From Malacoraja senta (lineage: Eukaryota): a stretch of 64,000 nt of DNA. The stretch spans positions 7,006,001 through 7,070,000 of the forward strand of contig CM075991.1 in assembly GCA_038087875.1 (NCBI GenBank), given 5' to 3'. The notes under the pieces are model-generated. The model had not been told where the DNA came from. It made no database searches and saw only the letters and a program-made list of their open reading frames with translations. Made by a program: the position numbers and the translations under genes. This document shows positions 1 to 12,526 of the stretch, piece by piece (positions within the stretch are counted from its first letter, which is position 1; each line of letters opens with the position of its first letter).

Positions 1-205
1 CAGATGGATGAACAATGACGAGAGATGAAAAGGAGACGAGGGCGTAAGGTAAGGAGAGAAGAAGAGTGAAACGTGAGGCCAGAGGCAGAGATACAGGTAG
101 GAACAGATGGAGGAAAGTGGAAGGTAGGTCGGGATAGCATGGGAAATGAATGCGCACCCAGATGGGGCATAACGTATACAAAACATTACACTTCAGACCT
201 TGAGC

Positions 206-1040
206 TCAAGTTCAAGTTCAAGTTTCCTTTATTGTCATTCAGACCTTTCGGTCTGAACGAAATTGTGATGCCTGCAGTCATACACAGAACCAATAATAAC
301 AAAACATACAATAAACAAAAATTAAACATCCACCACAGTGAGTTCACCAAGCACACCCTCACTGTGATGGAGGCAAAGTCTTAGTCTCCGTCTCTTCCCT
401 CCTTGTTCTCCCTCTGCGCTGAGGCGATCGATCCAGGCTGAAGATGCCGCCCTCCAGTCCAGCGGACCTCTGTGGTGATGTCGCCGCTGCCGAAAGACGG
501 AACGCCGTCTCCGCTCCGAGACGGCCCGCCACAGCATCAGCCCCGGGTCCCGCAGTCTCCGCTCTGGACCCCGCTGCATCAGCTCCAGGTCCCGCAGTCT
601 CCGCTCCGGACCCCGCTGCATCAGCTCCAGGTCCCGCAGTCTCCGCTCCGGACCCCGCTGCATCAGCTCCAGGCCGCCGCCGAAAGCCAGAACGCCGCAC
701 CAGCAAGTCGGGCCACCGCTGCCTCAGCCCCGAAGACGGCCAGCATCTCGTTGGTAAGTCCTGGCTGGCTCTGCCTCCGTAGCCTCGGGGTCGGTCGCAG
801 GATGGAGGCGGCCAGCTCCGCCATTAGGCCTCACCGCAGACGGAGGCAGGGAAGGGGGATACGACACGAAAAAGTCGCATTCCCCCGAAGGAGGAGACAG
901 AGGACATGTTTCTCCCCCCCTAACACTACCCAACAAACTAAAACTTAACAAAACAGGACAAAAAAACCCAACAGAAAAAGTAAAAACAGACGGACTGCAG
1001 GCGAGCCACTCCCGATTAACAGCGCCGCCACTTCCGGAAG
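206..1040 (-). mobile_element. GC/CpG-rich non-autonomous retroposon with Rex1-like LINE 3' tail and (CTTGAA)n end
   Basis: Minus strand ends AATTTCGTTCAGACC-GAAA-GGTCTGAATGACAATAAAGG followed by (CTTGAA)n at 206-223. The same AATTTCGTT...AATGACAATAAA frame ends the Rex1-like LINE tails at ~26610 and ~36690. The 5' boundary is approximate. Confidence 0.55.
534..673. repeat. 42-bp GC-rich minisatellite, ~3.3 units
   Basis: Unit GCATCAGCTCCAGGTCCCGCAGTCTCCGCTCCGGACCCCGCT starts at 534, 576, 618 and 660 (partial). Confidence 0.95.
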
Positions 1041-2899
1041 CTGGGTTTGTTCATGTTTATAAATCATAGGAACAGAATTACAACATTTGGCCCATTGAAT
1101 CAATATTTTTCTTTCTCAATCCTATTCTCCTGTCTTCTCCCCGTAACTTTTGACACCCTTACTAATCAAGAACCCTGTCAATCTGCGCTTTGAATATACC
1201 CAAATGACTCGCTCTCCACAGCTGTCTGTGGCAATGAATTTTATAGATTCTCCTCCCCCCGACTAGAGAAATTCCCCTTCCTCCTTTCTAAAGTTATGTC
1301 CTTTTTTTTCTGAGGCTGTGCCCTCTTGTCCCTGACCGTCCCACTGGTGGAAACATCCTCTCTGCATCCACTCCATCCAGGTTTGTACCCACAACCTGCT
1401 GGCTCTGAGGCAAAATGCCCTCCAACTGAGTTACTTGGCCCTAATCTGTGAGAGAAGTTCACCCTTGATCATGTATGTGAACTGTACAAGATTCTCATAG
1501 ATATCTCATTGATATCATTAAATAGAACCGAATTTCAAAAAAACTGAGTGCAATATTTAACCTCTATTCTGTTGCATATGCAGCAAGTTGACTGAAGGCG
1601 AATGTGTTTTAATCCATACCTTGTGAAAAATATGTTCTTCATTCATATTAATCATAAATTAATGCTCATACCATAATCAAACATCCAAGCACACTCCATC
1701 ATAGTCTTGTCAGAATTTTTGATATTTTACAAAGTTATGCAAAGAAGTTTACAATAGAGATCCTAAACCAGCATCTGCAGTTCCTTCCTGCACATTTTGT
1801 CCAAAATCGTAATGTCCAGCTGTGTTGCCCTCTTGTTAGAAATCTGTGAGCTCAAGTTTCACTTATTTATTTATAATGGGACAGTGGAAGCCCATTAAGA
1901 TTACTGGCTTTATGCCAGCCTCCAGCAGAACTGTTCCACCCATGTAATTCATTAAACAGAAAGTGCTGGTAACACTCAGCAGGTCAGGCAGCTTCTGCAG
2001 AAGGAGAAAGAGAGTTAACATTTCACGTCAAAGAGCCTTGCTCAGAAATGGGAATTGGGGGGGGGGGTTCCATCAGTGGTATTTCCATTCTGCCCTGCAT
2101 CATGCAACTCATAAAGATCTAGGTTGATGATCCAGCACAATACTGATGCAGTGCTGTCCTTTCTGATGAGTCATTTAACCAAGGTCTTGTTTGGTGTATT
2201 TAGTGGGTATAAATGTTCTTGAGGCTTTAATAAGGGTGGAGTTAGCTCGGGTATCGAGACATTGTTTTAACTTCAATCAACATTACCAAAAGATTACAAA
2301 AACTTGAAGTGGCACAGGGGCACAGCTGGTTGAGTCGCTGCCTCACCGCTCCAGAGAGATGGGTTCACTGCTGATCTCCGGAGCGGCATGTGTGGAGTTG
2401 CATGTTCTCCCTGTGTCTGTGTGGGTTTCCTCCATTTGCTCTGGTATTCCTCCCATATCCCAAAGGCATGCCACCAGAATCTGGGGGGCAGGAATGAAAA
2501 ATGGGATTATTTGGGGATCAGTGTAAATGGATGTGTGATGATAGGCTTTATCTCGAAGGGTCCTGTTTCTGTGTTGTATGATTCTAAATCATCTGTTTGT
2601 TATGATATTGCTCTTTATGATAGTGTTCTGTTTACAAAGTGGTTTCTGTACTTCCCACATTATGTCTGTGATGATATTTCATAAATACTTAATTGGTTGT
2701 CAAGCAAGTTGGGATGTTGGGAATGGTGCAAAATAAATGCAAGTCTTTTAACTGTCCTGCTGGAATTTTATTCTCCATTTGAGCCTCTTCCACAACGTCT
2801 TCATCTGACCTCCTTGGGTCAACAATTATTTCTGTATCAACCATTTTGTTTTAAAGACGTTGATTAACTTGCCTCTCGGCTTTCTCTGACTATCTTTGA

Positions 2900-3075
2900 T
2901 CGGACTTAATCTTGCACTAAACATTATTTGCGTTATTTCCTTTATCGTGTATCTATACACTGTAAATGGCTCAAGTGTAATCATGTATTGCCTTTCCGCT
3001 GACTGGTTCGCACGCAGCAAAAAACTTTCACTGTACCTCGGTACACGTGACAATAAACTCAACCCCAACTCAAAC
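2900..3075 (+). mobile_element. LINE 3'UTR fragment (…CACTGTACCTCGGTACACGTGACAATAAA family)
   Basis: The same 3' end recurs at ~12530-12660 (-), ~56110-56270 (+) and ~58945-58985 (-). Confidence 0.6.
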
Positions 3076-5185
3076 TTCCCAACAGAGGAGATCCACTCTA
3101 GTATTGAAGATTCCACTGAATCAACTATTAGATTTATCAGTGACTAACTTATATTTATAACTTGCACTTCTGGTTTCCCCAATTGGAAACATTTCCATTT
3201 GAAGTAAAACAAATGGAGCTGATGTGTATTTGGAAAAACACGCAGATTAACCAGCATCCATGCATAAATAAATGTGAAATGGAGTCCATGTTGCAGATTA
3301 ATGATCAGAACCTTTTAGGTCAATAATATATGAAAGATCTTTAGCCATCATCTATCACATGATTATCTCGGTCTCCACAGATTCTACCTCGCCTCCTGAG
3401 CGCTTCCAGTAGTGTATATTGATGTATTTTCGATGTCTGCCTCATCATATCCTATGCTATACCCAAGTATAATCCTTCAGTCTTCTGCGTCAGGAATGAA
3501 GCTGGGGTTGAATAGCAAGGGAGCCTATTCAATCCTTGCTGACAGTTATTATTTCTTAGTCCTTAGGAATCTTTTGCCCATTTTGTCAATTTTCATGCTG
3601 ATAGTTGCAAGAGGTTGCCAAAGAGTCGAGGAGAATCAATGAAAAGGTAGCTGTTGCCAAGGAGGAAGGCAGAAGGTCCAGGTTGTTACCCAGCAGGATC
3701 TAATAGTTCTCGTCTCGTTAAGTTTGTTAGGTCTGCTACTCTCACTGCTGGCCTCCCAGTGACCTAGGTTGAATCTTGACCTTCGCTGCTATCTGCTTGA
3801 AGTTTGCATGCTCTTGCTATGACTTTGTGGGTTTCCGCTGTGTGGCAAGTCTCGATGGAACTTTATTTATCCCAGGAGGGAAAATGGTCCATCTACACCC
3901 TAATTGCATTAATTATTTACCATACAGTATCCCTGGTAAAGTATTTTTTTAAATTATAATATATTAAGTACTAATTAGATGTAAACAAAATATTATTTAT
4001 TGTGACAATGTGGACAGTCATTTCTCCTCATCAATTTCAATTTAGTCACTATGCTATTGCTAAATTCACCAGCAGCAGAAAAAAGTCAGGGCCATTATTT
4101 TGTTTACTAAATTTAATTTTGGGATGTGAGGTATTGCTGGCAAAAAGAGTGTTGATTGTTGGTCCTTTGGTACAGTTGAGAGGTTAGTGATAGCTTTCTT
4201 GAACCATTTGGAGTTACTGATGGTGAACTGCTTTCCTGTACCATGAAGATGCAGTTTCTGTAAAGTATGTGTATTCTTTTTTTATAGCAGGTTGTATCCC
4301 TTTAAGAATGGTAGCATGTGACCGACTACTCTTCATGCTGTCGATTAACTGCCTCAGTGCAGAACACAGACCTAATTTGTCTGTAGGGAGTGGATGTGCA
4401 GGAGAAATGCTGCTTTGAACAATGTATGTACCTTTGTTTGCTATTTTGATTCATATCTATCCCCCAATATCTTAGCCAATAAGATAAAATCACTGTGACT
4501 TAGTGGCTGAAGTATTAGTTAATGAAACTGTGAACTTTAGACTCAGACACTGAATGGAAATATTGACCACCTGTAGAACTTTTCTCAGTTGAGATGCGGC
4601 TGTCCACCAAGACACAAGGAACAATGATTCCATTGAAGTTACACAAAAATGAAGGTACACTCAATGATTCCATTGAGACAGTTTTAATAGTAAGATTAAA
4701 CGAGAACTTACCTAAGTTTGAAGTTTGATCTTTATTTTATGAGGAGTTACGTAGGTGATTACGTGAAGAACCCCGCCAGTGCGCCTGCGCATCAATCTTC
4801 AAATCACAAAAAACAACAACCGAAGTAATATAGTCTCATAATAAAATGAGTAATACAAGAACTTCCATCTGACCTTTATGATAGAGGGTAGGGTCGTGGT
4901 GGGCACGTAATCACCTATGTAACTCCTCATAAAATAAAGATCAAACTTCAAACTTAGGTACGTTCTCGTTTAATCTTACTATTTTACTTCGGAGTCACAT
5001 GAGTGACTACGTGAAGATTTTAAAGCTTTGTGATTTCATGCCGTAGATCAATCCCGGCTTCTCACTGCATTGATTGACTCGGAACGAGAATAATCAATCA
5101 TGCATTCATAATAACATTTGTACCACAAATGCAGTAATTCATTTCAATAATGAAATTAATCAGATCCCCTTTCAACCAGAGGAAT

Positions 5186-6139
5186 TTACACAGAACTTAA
5201 AATAGTTTCTGCAAACAATCCCGCATTAACAATAGGCCGATGGTAAAAATGTTGAAACATCAACTCATTGGATCACCCGGCGGCTGCGAGGATATGGTCG
5301 ACAGGGACGTCTTTTGCCCTGGCCGCCGACGTTTCTGCTGCCCTAGTCGAGTGAGACGTAAAAACATAAGTGTTAATACCAGCAGCTGTTAAGACTTCTT
5401 TTATCCATCTGGAAATAGTCTGTATTGAAACTCTCTTGTGTGGTTTCTTGTGTGTGATCAACAACCCAGTTTCCGTATTTCTCAAATTCTTTGTGACCTC
5501 AATGTATTGTAACAAATATGTCTTAACACCGAGACAAGGATCATTTGGATATGCTGCTAGCATAATTTTAAATCCTGTCACACCTGGCCTAATTTGTTTT
5601 AGTAGGTCATAGATATAGAATGTAACCTTGTCTTCAGTTACTTCCATACTGTCTATTTGTAATTTTCCAAGTGTTTGCACTCGTTGTGTTGTCACTCATG
5701 CCATAAGCATGAATACTTTCATACTGAGCTTGGCCAAAGGTAAAGACACACTTGGTGACCATTCATGAAGTAGTTTCAGTACCACACTTACATCCCAGAT
5801 TGTCATGTACCTAGGTTTCGGTGGTTTGGAATTAAAGATTATTTTCATTAGTCTGGAAACAATTTGGTGTGACCCAATTGGGTTTCTTTCTGAATCCAGA
5901 ACCAAATAGGAGGACAATTGAATTGAATGCCGTTTATTGTCATTGAATGAATCTTCTTGCTGAATTAATTGCACTACAACTCAGACCTTCATCATAATAA
6001 AGTTTTGACAGAAATTCTAAACATTTGAAATATCTGCAGTACTATATTGCACATTCTTTTGTACACAGAACTCTTCCCATTTCTTAATATAAGAAAGGTA
6101 CTGTTTTTGAGTGCTCTTCCTCCCGGCTGCCGTAAGCAT
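5186..6139 (-). pseudogene. DIRS tyrosine recombinase, disrupted
   Basis: TQRVQTL, SHSTRAA and AG*(W->stop)...FYHRP motifs spread over ORFs 5273-5695 and 5696-5974; colinear with the YR at 53742-54674. Confidence 0.92.
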
Positions 6140-6183
6140 GTCCACAGTACGCTCAGGCAGTCCTCGCCCCAGAAAAGGCCTTC

Positions 6184-8090
6184 TTAAAACCTGCAAATCA
6201 ACAAATCCAAACGATCATATAATGGATGTTGTTCCCCTGTTACAGGGTGCAGCAATAAATTACTCCTTTTTGGGACTTTCATTAACATTTGTGTTGTTAA
6301 TTCTAATATCAACAGATACCATGGCTGTGTAGGCCAATCTGGTACTACCAATACCCCTGAAGCAGCATCTTGCCTGATTTTAAGCAAACATTGACTTATG
6401 AGGCAGAAAGGTGGAAATATATATGAAAACATACCACCCCAATGTAGCGAGAAAGCATCAATCGCCACTGCTCCTGGATCTGGTTCCCATGAGACATATC
6501 TCGATAGCTGATGATTCAAGTCAATGTCGGGCATTCCAAATCTGATTACTATATCATTGAATACCTCTCGATTCAACATCCATTCTTTATTATCATGGAA
6601 CTTTCGTGACCTGGTGTCAGCTATCGTGTTCATTCTACCTGGTAGATAGATAGCTGAAATCCAAATGTTCTTTTCAATACACCAAGACCAAAGTTGATTA
6701 GCCATTTTGTCACATGACACCGACTTAATTCCACCCATATCATTAATATAGGCAACTGCTGTTGTGTCTATCAATTTGAACTTGAACATGCCTTTTAGTT
6801 GTGTTAGAACAATAAGCTTGGAGTCCATAGAAACATCCTAAAAGCTCCAAATAGTTAGTTCCCCATGTCTGCAGTAACAATGACTCTTCCTGATTCCATC
6901 TGCCTCCGCAGCTAGATGTTAAGTCAGTTGCACCCCCATCCTAGTGCACTGGCGTCAGTTTGTAATATCATGGAAGGTTGTTCAATCAGCACTTTGCCAG
7001 AACTGCTTGAGACATGTAGAATCCACCACTGCAGATCAGAAACAGCATTTGTTGTTAGTTGCATGGTTCTATCAAAATGACCAGCATTCATTCTCAGTGC
7101 CTGTTGTTTAACTCTCTGCAGCTGTTGATAATGTAATGGTCCATACTGGACTGCTGGGAATCTACTAAATTCCCCAGTACTCGAGCCACCTGTCTGATTA
7201 AGGGTTTTTGCTCGTTTACCAGATTACTGCAATCTTTAATCAACTCCACCCTTTTTTCACTGGGCAAAGTAATTTTCATTTGGGCTGAATCAATTGTGAA
7301 CCCTAAATAATTAATCGAGGTACATGTTGTTAACCTTGATTTCTTTGGATGAATTTAGAAAACCCCAAACTTTCAAAAGTTGATTTCACAACTGCAACAG
7401 ATGCTTCTGTTGACTGTTTTGTCCTTCCTATAATCAGGACATCATCCAAGTATGCCATCAGTACATGCCCCTGGCTTCTCAGCAACCCCAGAATTGATTT
7501 TAACAATTTTGTGAATATTCTGGGAGCGGACGTTAACCCATTAGGCAGAGCTTTGAACTGCCCTAACTGGTTCATCCATGTAAATTTAAGATACTTCATA
7601 TCTTCCAAGGGAACAGACACTGAATAATATACATCTTTTAAATATATAGTTGCCATAAAACATGCTTCTGAGATAAGTTGTTTGGCGGTACAAATGTCTC
7701 CATTTTAAAATGTCTAACTTGAACAAAAGGATTCAGACTTGTCAAGTCTATAATAATCCTACATCCTCCATCCTTTTTTGATCGAGGGAATATATTGGTG
7801 AATTTGGTAGACTGATTCTTCAATAACACCTTTTATATATTGGGTTTGAAGCGCAGCTTGAACCTCCATCACTTCTTTTTGTGCAAAGTGGAGAGTTCTG
7901 CTAGGAACATGCTGGACAGGCAAATCATAATTTGGATTGAATTCAATTCGAAATCCTTGTATATTATTCAGAATTACCACATCTGAAGTAAACTTCTTCC
8001 AATTGTTATAGAAGAGACGTAATCTGCCTCCAACTTTTGGACTTAATCCGGTTAGTATGTTCCCATGAGAACCAGGTCCACCTACCTCTT
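6184..8090 (-). pseudogene. DIRS RT-RNaseH-methyltransferase region, frameshifted
   Basis: KKDGGCRIIIDL, LPNGLTSAPRIFTK, MAYLDD, DTTAVAYIN, NTIADTRSR, YIFPPF and VVPDWPTQPWY distributed over several short ORFs. Confidence 0.92.
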
Positions 8091-9198
8091 GAGTCATTTG
8101 AGTACTCTGAGATCCCTGGATTCTCCCGGAAGCACCCCCACTGGTTCTTGCTCCCGCTGCAGGCCGCCAGCTACGTCCCTGCGTTAATGAGCGACTTGGT
8201 CCTGGTCCAGGATCCGTATGACGTCTGAAAGGATACTTCCTCTTTACAGACTTTACAACCATTGATGTTTTCATCAATCCTGTTTTCGCTTCATCTTCCA
8301 ACTCTTTAATATGTCTCCCGAGATCCTCTCCAAAGAGTAAGTTGGGTAATTGTACATTACTTGGTTTGCAGAGAGCTGCGAATTTCGGATTCATAGTAGG
8401 CCGTATAGCACCTTTCCTCAGACAATTGATCTCGAAGTGGGTGCTGCATAGCAACCCCAATGCTTCCTGATGCAACTCCGTCATCTCTTGGCTTTTATCC
8501 GCTATCCTGGCAAAAGCAGTTATTCCAGAACCCAGCAGCTTTAATATTCTCTGCAATTTCAATTCTTGAGTTCTCATACTCAACTCATATTTTCTTGCAT
8601 TCTCTTCCATCTCCTGCTGTTCCAGCTGATGGGAAACCAAGTAATTTATTAGGGAGGCCAATTCTTCTCCTAATGGCTCTCCTGACCCTGACGGGGCAGC
8701 GAATCGTACTGCCAGGGATGGAACATCTGGCAGCTGCCATTCTTCGCCTTGTACAGCCTCACCGTCAGAGTCAGGGTCTGAAATCTCATGACCCGTGGCA
8801 CGCTCCTCATCCCTGAGGGTGCATTCTATCAGCCCTGCACCAGGAGCTGTTGAGCTGCTTTCAGCAGCTTGCATTTCAGTACACTCTTACCTGAGTGTGC
8901 TTCACTCCAACAGCCTATGTAGCAGGCTTTCCATTTGGGCAATACGCTTAAAAGCAGTATCTAGCCCTGGAGCTTCTTCCATTTCCATTTCCTGGGACTC
9001 CTCCTCCGTGGCCCGTTTCGATTTGAACTTGGCCTTTCGCCCGACAGGCGCTGACTGCCCCAGGTCCACAGTCGCTATGCTCACCGCTGGCGACTGTACC
9101 GGGGTTAGAGGCGGTTGGTCGCTAACCGCAGACTCCCGACTTTCCCGACTTTCTGTCGGGTGAGTCGCTTGCCTCTTCCCCCTGCCTGTTTTTTCCAT
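8091..9198 (-). pseudogene. DIRS gag-like ORF1, disrupted
   Basis: Starts GCCATGG (MEKTGRGKR). QELKLQRILKLL...LRKGAIRPTMNPKFAALCKP...LLFGEDL is homologous to the gag of copy B. Contains internal stops. Confidence 0.8.
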
Positions 9199-9534
9199 GG
9201 CGTCTGTGGAAAAAATCCCCACAGACCCACAGTAAACGGACCTGAAAATACTGAAAAAAGTTTTTACTTACCTTGTAGTTAAAAAACTACAAATCCATTA
9301 GAGGAGCTCTGCTCCTCACGTCCGTTTGCGTCAAGGCGTCTGACGTAATGACGCGCAGGTGCACTGGCGGGGTTCTTCACGTAGTCACTCACGTGACTCC
9401 GAAGTAAAATTGGAAATCATGCCATAGTCTTTGGCACCCTATAGTAACCAGTCGATTTCTCAATCAATTTTTACTTCATATCAATCACTTGCAGTATGAT
9501 TTGAATTTCCAGGTCAACATGTATCACTTTAGAC

Positions 9535-9940
9535 ATAAGGAACTGCAGATGCTGTCTTACAGAAACCCCCCCATAAAGTGCTGGAGTAACTCAGTGGGTC
9601 AGGTAGCATCTCTGGAGGACATACATAGATGACATTTTTGGTTGGGGGACTTCTTTAGACCGATTGAAGACGTTACTCTAATTTCAAGTAACTCCTGCAT
9701 TCCCCCTTCCCCGTCTTAGTCGTCCTACCAGTTCCACTGTTTGCATTGGGATAGGCCAAGATCTACAAGATTGCAATGTCCCCCCCCTCACCCCCGCCAA
9801 ACCTCTTTCAGTCTGAAGAAGAGTTCCGACTTAAAATGGCACCTATTCCTTTTCTCCAGAGATGCTGCCTGAACGCTGAGTTACTCCAGCATTTTGTCTA
9901 TCTCCGCTATAAACCAGCATCTGCAATTCCTTCCGACACA
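9535..9940. mobile_element. Penelope-like element pLTR fragments in inverted (fold-back) arrangement
   Basis: Minus arm 9535-9660 and plus arm ~9680-9940 of the CTGAAGAAGGG…CAGCATCTGCAGTTCCTTC repeat. Confidence 0.7.
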
Positions 9941-11085
9941 TTGATAGTCTTGATGATCTTTATAGCAATTACAATCAACAAATGGACTTTCTTGGAAAGT
10001 GATAGTTTGGTCTGTGCCTTCCAGCTTATGGAGGTGAACTGGGCTTATGTTCAAGGTCCTGTTTATATACTGCATTGTCATTATAGCCAGTGTAAATATC
10101 CAGCAAATATGGGCCCCATATCTAAGGAAGGATGTGCTGGCTCTGAAGCTTGGATTTTCAGTGTTTTGATGTAGCCAGAAGCTGAGATATGGTGAAGTGG
10201 CAAGCCATTTGAGAAGTGTTGTCTTACAGATCCTAAAGCATTTTAAACAAGTGATAATGATTTAATGTTATGAAGGAACTGCAGATACTGGAAAGTCGAA
10301 GGTAGACAAAAATGCTGGAGAAACTCAGCGGGTGAGGCAGCATCTATGGAGCGAAGGAAATAGGCAACGGTTCGGGTCTAAACCCTTCTTCAGACTCGAT
10401 GATTTAAGCCTGGTTGATCTTGACAGTGTGAGTGAGATGAGTGCTAATGGACCAGATTCTGAGCGATTCCTTTTCTCCACGCATTGCTCTTTCTCCCACC
10501 GTCTCAGTTACTTAAGACTGACTCGCCATCTCTCGTTCTTGGGCTCTGATGAAGGGTCTTTGACCTGATATGTTTCCCTTTCCACAGACGCTGTTGAGTT
10601 TTTCCCAGCGATTTCTGTTATTATATAAGAGGAAAGCGTGATATTCCAGGAGACTTAAGGGAGTTGTCCGGATGGGGAGTTTCAGAGCTGCTTGGGTTGC
10701 GATGAGGTTGCACGTACAGGTAAAACTGTGGAGCTATTCAGGGCTTTTTGAGGAAATTGAGATGAAAGGGTTGCAGGCATTGGGGAGGTGTGAGGTATTG
10801 AATTGGAGCAGTGTGCTGAAGTTGTATCCATTGACATGTAGTGAAGGTCTAGAGGTATCTGCCCTCTCCAACAATGCCCATCGCCATCCTCCCCATCCCT
10901 ATTCACAACTCTAAGAGAGAAGTGAATTATTTCCATTTGTTTCTTCTCTCCTGTGTTACTAAACATTCTCAGTGGTTCACAAGATGACTTGGTTGATGAG
11001 CTGGGTGCTGGGTGATAGGTGATGGCTGGGGAGGGGAATGGGGATGCACTGATGGTCCAATGGTGCTTTTAGGATGATGAACCTA

Positions 11086-11286
11086 ACTGCAGATGTTGGT
11101 TTAAATCGAAGGTAGACACAAAATGCTGGAGTAACTCAGCGGATAGGCAGCATCTCTGGAGAGAAGGAATGGGTGACGTTTTGGGTCAAGACTCTGAAGA
11201 AGGGTCTCGACTCGAAACGTCACCCATTCCTTCTTCCAGAGATGCTGCCTGTGCCGCTGAGTTACTCCAGCATTTTGTGTCTACCC
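11086..11286. mobile_element. Penelope-derived fold-back repeat
   Basis: Inverted arms of ~85 bp around 11190; hammerhead core at 11194-11221. Confidence 0.8.
11194..11221 (+). ncRNA. Minimal type I hammerhead ribozyme-like core (PLE-associated)
   Basis: CTGAAGA-A-[GGGT CTCG ACTC]-GAAAC-GTC: conserved core, stem II and palindromic ACGT helix III. Stem I is weak. Confidence 0.6.
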
Positions 11287-11605
11287 ATTGGACTGATAGA
11301 GAAATATTATTGTTGTAAAGTTATCATACCTGCTCCTCTGAATCATTAGATAATTTCTTCTAATTATATGGTAATGGCTGAAAGGAGGTAAGATAATGTC
11401 AGACTGAATGAGGAATATGGCCTTTTAGACAGGTCAGTGGAGCCGAATTCTTTGTTCTTGTTTTCAAACTAGTTGATGATATGACATGTGGTATTCTTTG
11501 TGGACTGCATGTGTTATATTTTTGAATGCGACGATTAGAAAGGTGCCATATTTAGGATGAATAATATTCATATCACCAGAGTTACCAGATTCATTGTAAG
11601 CTTGT

Positions 11606-11860
11606 GTGTGGGAAGGAACTGCAGATGCTGTTTTAAATCGAAGATAGACACAAAATACTGGAGTAACTCAGCGGGACAGGCAGCATCTCTGGAAGGAAGA
11701 ACCCCCTTCTTCAGACAGTCTCGACCTAAAACGTCACCCATTCCTTCTCTCCAGAGATGCTGCCTATCTGAAGAAGGGTCTCGACCCGAAACATCACCTG
11801 TTCCTTCTTTCCAGAGATGCTGCCTGTCCTGCTGAGTTACGACTGCATTTTGTGTTTATC
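11606..11860. mobile_element. Penelope-derived fold-back insertion with 16-bp TSD
   Basis: TSD TTCATTGTAAGCTTGT at 11590-11605 and 11861-11876. Confidence 0.85.
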
Positions 11861-12367
11861 TTCATTGTAAGCTTGTTTGCCAGTTTTGTGTCAAATGACT
11901 GATGAGAATAAATTAAAAGTCACAAAACTATGGCTTTGTGGCGAGCTGCAGCTGGGACTATAAAATGGCGGCAATAAGCGCCTCATCAATATGGACTGGG
12001 TGGGCTGTTCTGTGCATACTGTACTGATTGTGCTTATGTCTTGCTGAGCTACATGCAAACAATATATTTGTGGCAATATATTTGTACATGTGGCAATAAC
12101 GAAACAATTGAATCCCATCTGGTGGTGGCCCAGGCATAGGTGATCCTGTGAACTAAATGTGGGGACAAGTCGCTCTTTCTGTTTTTGGGACATTCTGGGG
12201 TACAACCACATTGTCGGGAGCAAAAATCCAATTTTGGTTTTGGGCAGTTATTTCAAGATCTTGAGCCAGAATATTTTGGATGTTTATTCAGCTCCGATGA
12301 TGGTGTTGGGATCATATGAATACTAACCCTGTTCTGGAAGGCATCAAAGCAAAGTTAGGTTTATTAT

Positions 12368-12526
12368 CTATCAGTCCTATCAGTCTGAAGAAGGTTTCGG
12401 CCCGAAACGTTGCCTATTAACCCCCTATCAGTCTGAAGAAGGGTTTCGGCCCGAAACGTTGCCTATTTCCTTCGCTCCATAGATGCTGCTGCACCTGCTG
12501 AGTTTCTCCAGCATTTTTGTGTACCT
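12368..12526 (+). mobile_element. Penelope-derived insertion with tandem hammerhead cores and ~13-bp TSD
   Basis: Cores at 12385-12411 and 12433-12460; TTAGGTTTATTAT flanks both sides. Confidence 0.75.

Larger units (their letters stand above)
4686..9410 (-). mobile_element. DIRS1-like tyrosine-recombinase retrotransposon, full length, decayed (copy A)
   Basis: ICR 4904-5017 is complementary to the right end 4686-4765 (2 mismatches in 80) and to the left end 9374-9410 (1 in 37). ITRs are 4760-4794 and 9349-9383. It carries fragmented gag, RT (YLDD), RNaseH, MT and YR ORFs, with AAT at both ends. Confidence 0.95.

Noticed and set aside
534-673. CRISPR-like array
   Set aside because: Head-to-tail units with no unique spacers, no cas genes, and a eukaryotic context. 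The same applies to the TACGAACTCC repeats at 60545-60800.
322-951. Overlapping 75-158 aa ORFs with repeated peptides
   Set aside because: Artefacts of a stop-free 42-bp GC-rich tandem repeat that is open in several frames.
4290-4560. Possible solo LTR (…GTTGTATCCCTTTAAGAATGG…CATGTGACC)
   Set aside because: No clear TG…CA ends, TSD or second copy could be established.
7759-8874. 371-aa ORF as a natural gag-pol fusion
   Set aside because: Compared with copy B, segments are missing in gag and at the gag/pol overlap, and the ORF frameshifts out of RT. Decay explains the fusion.
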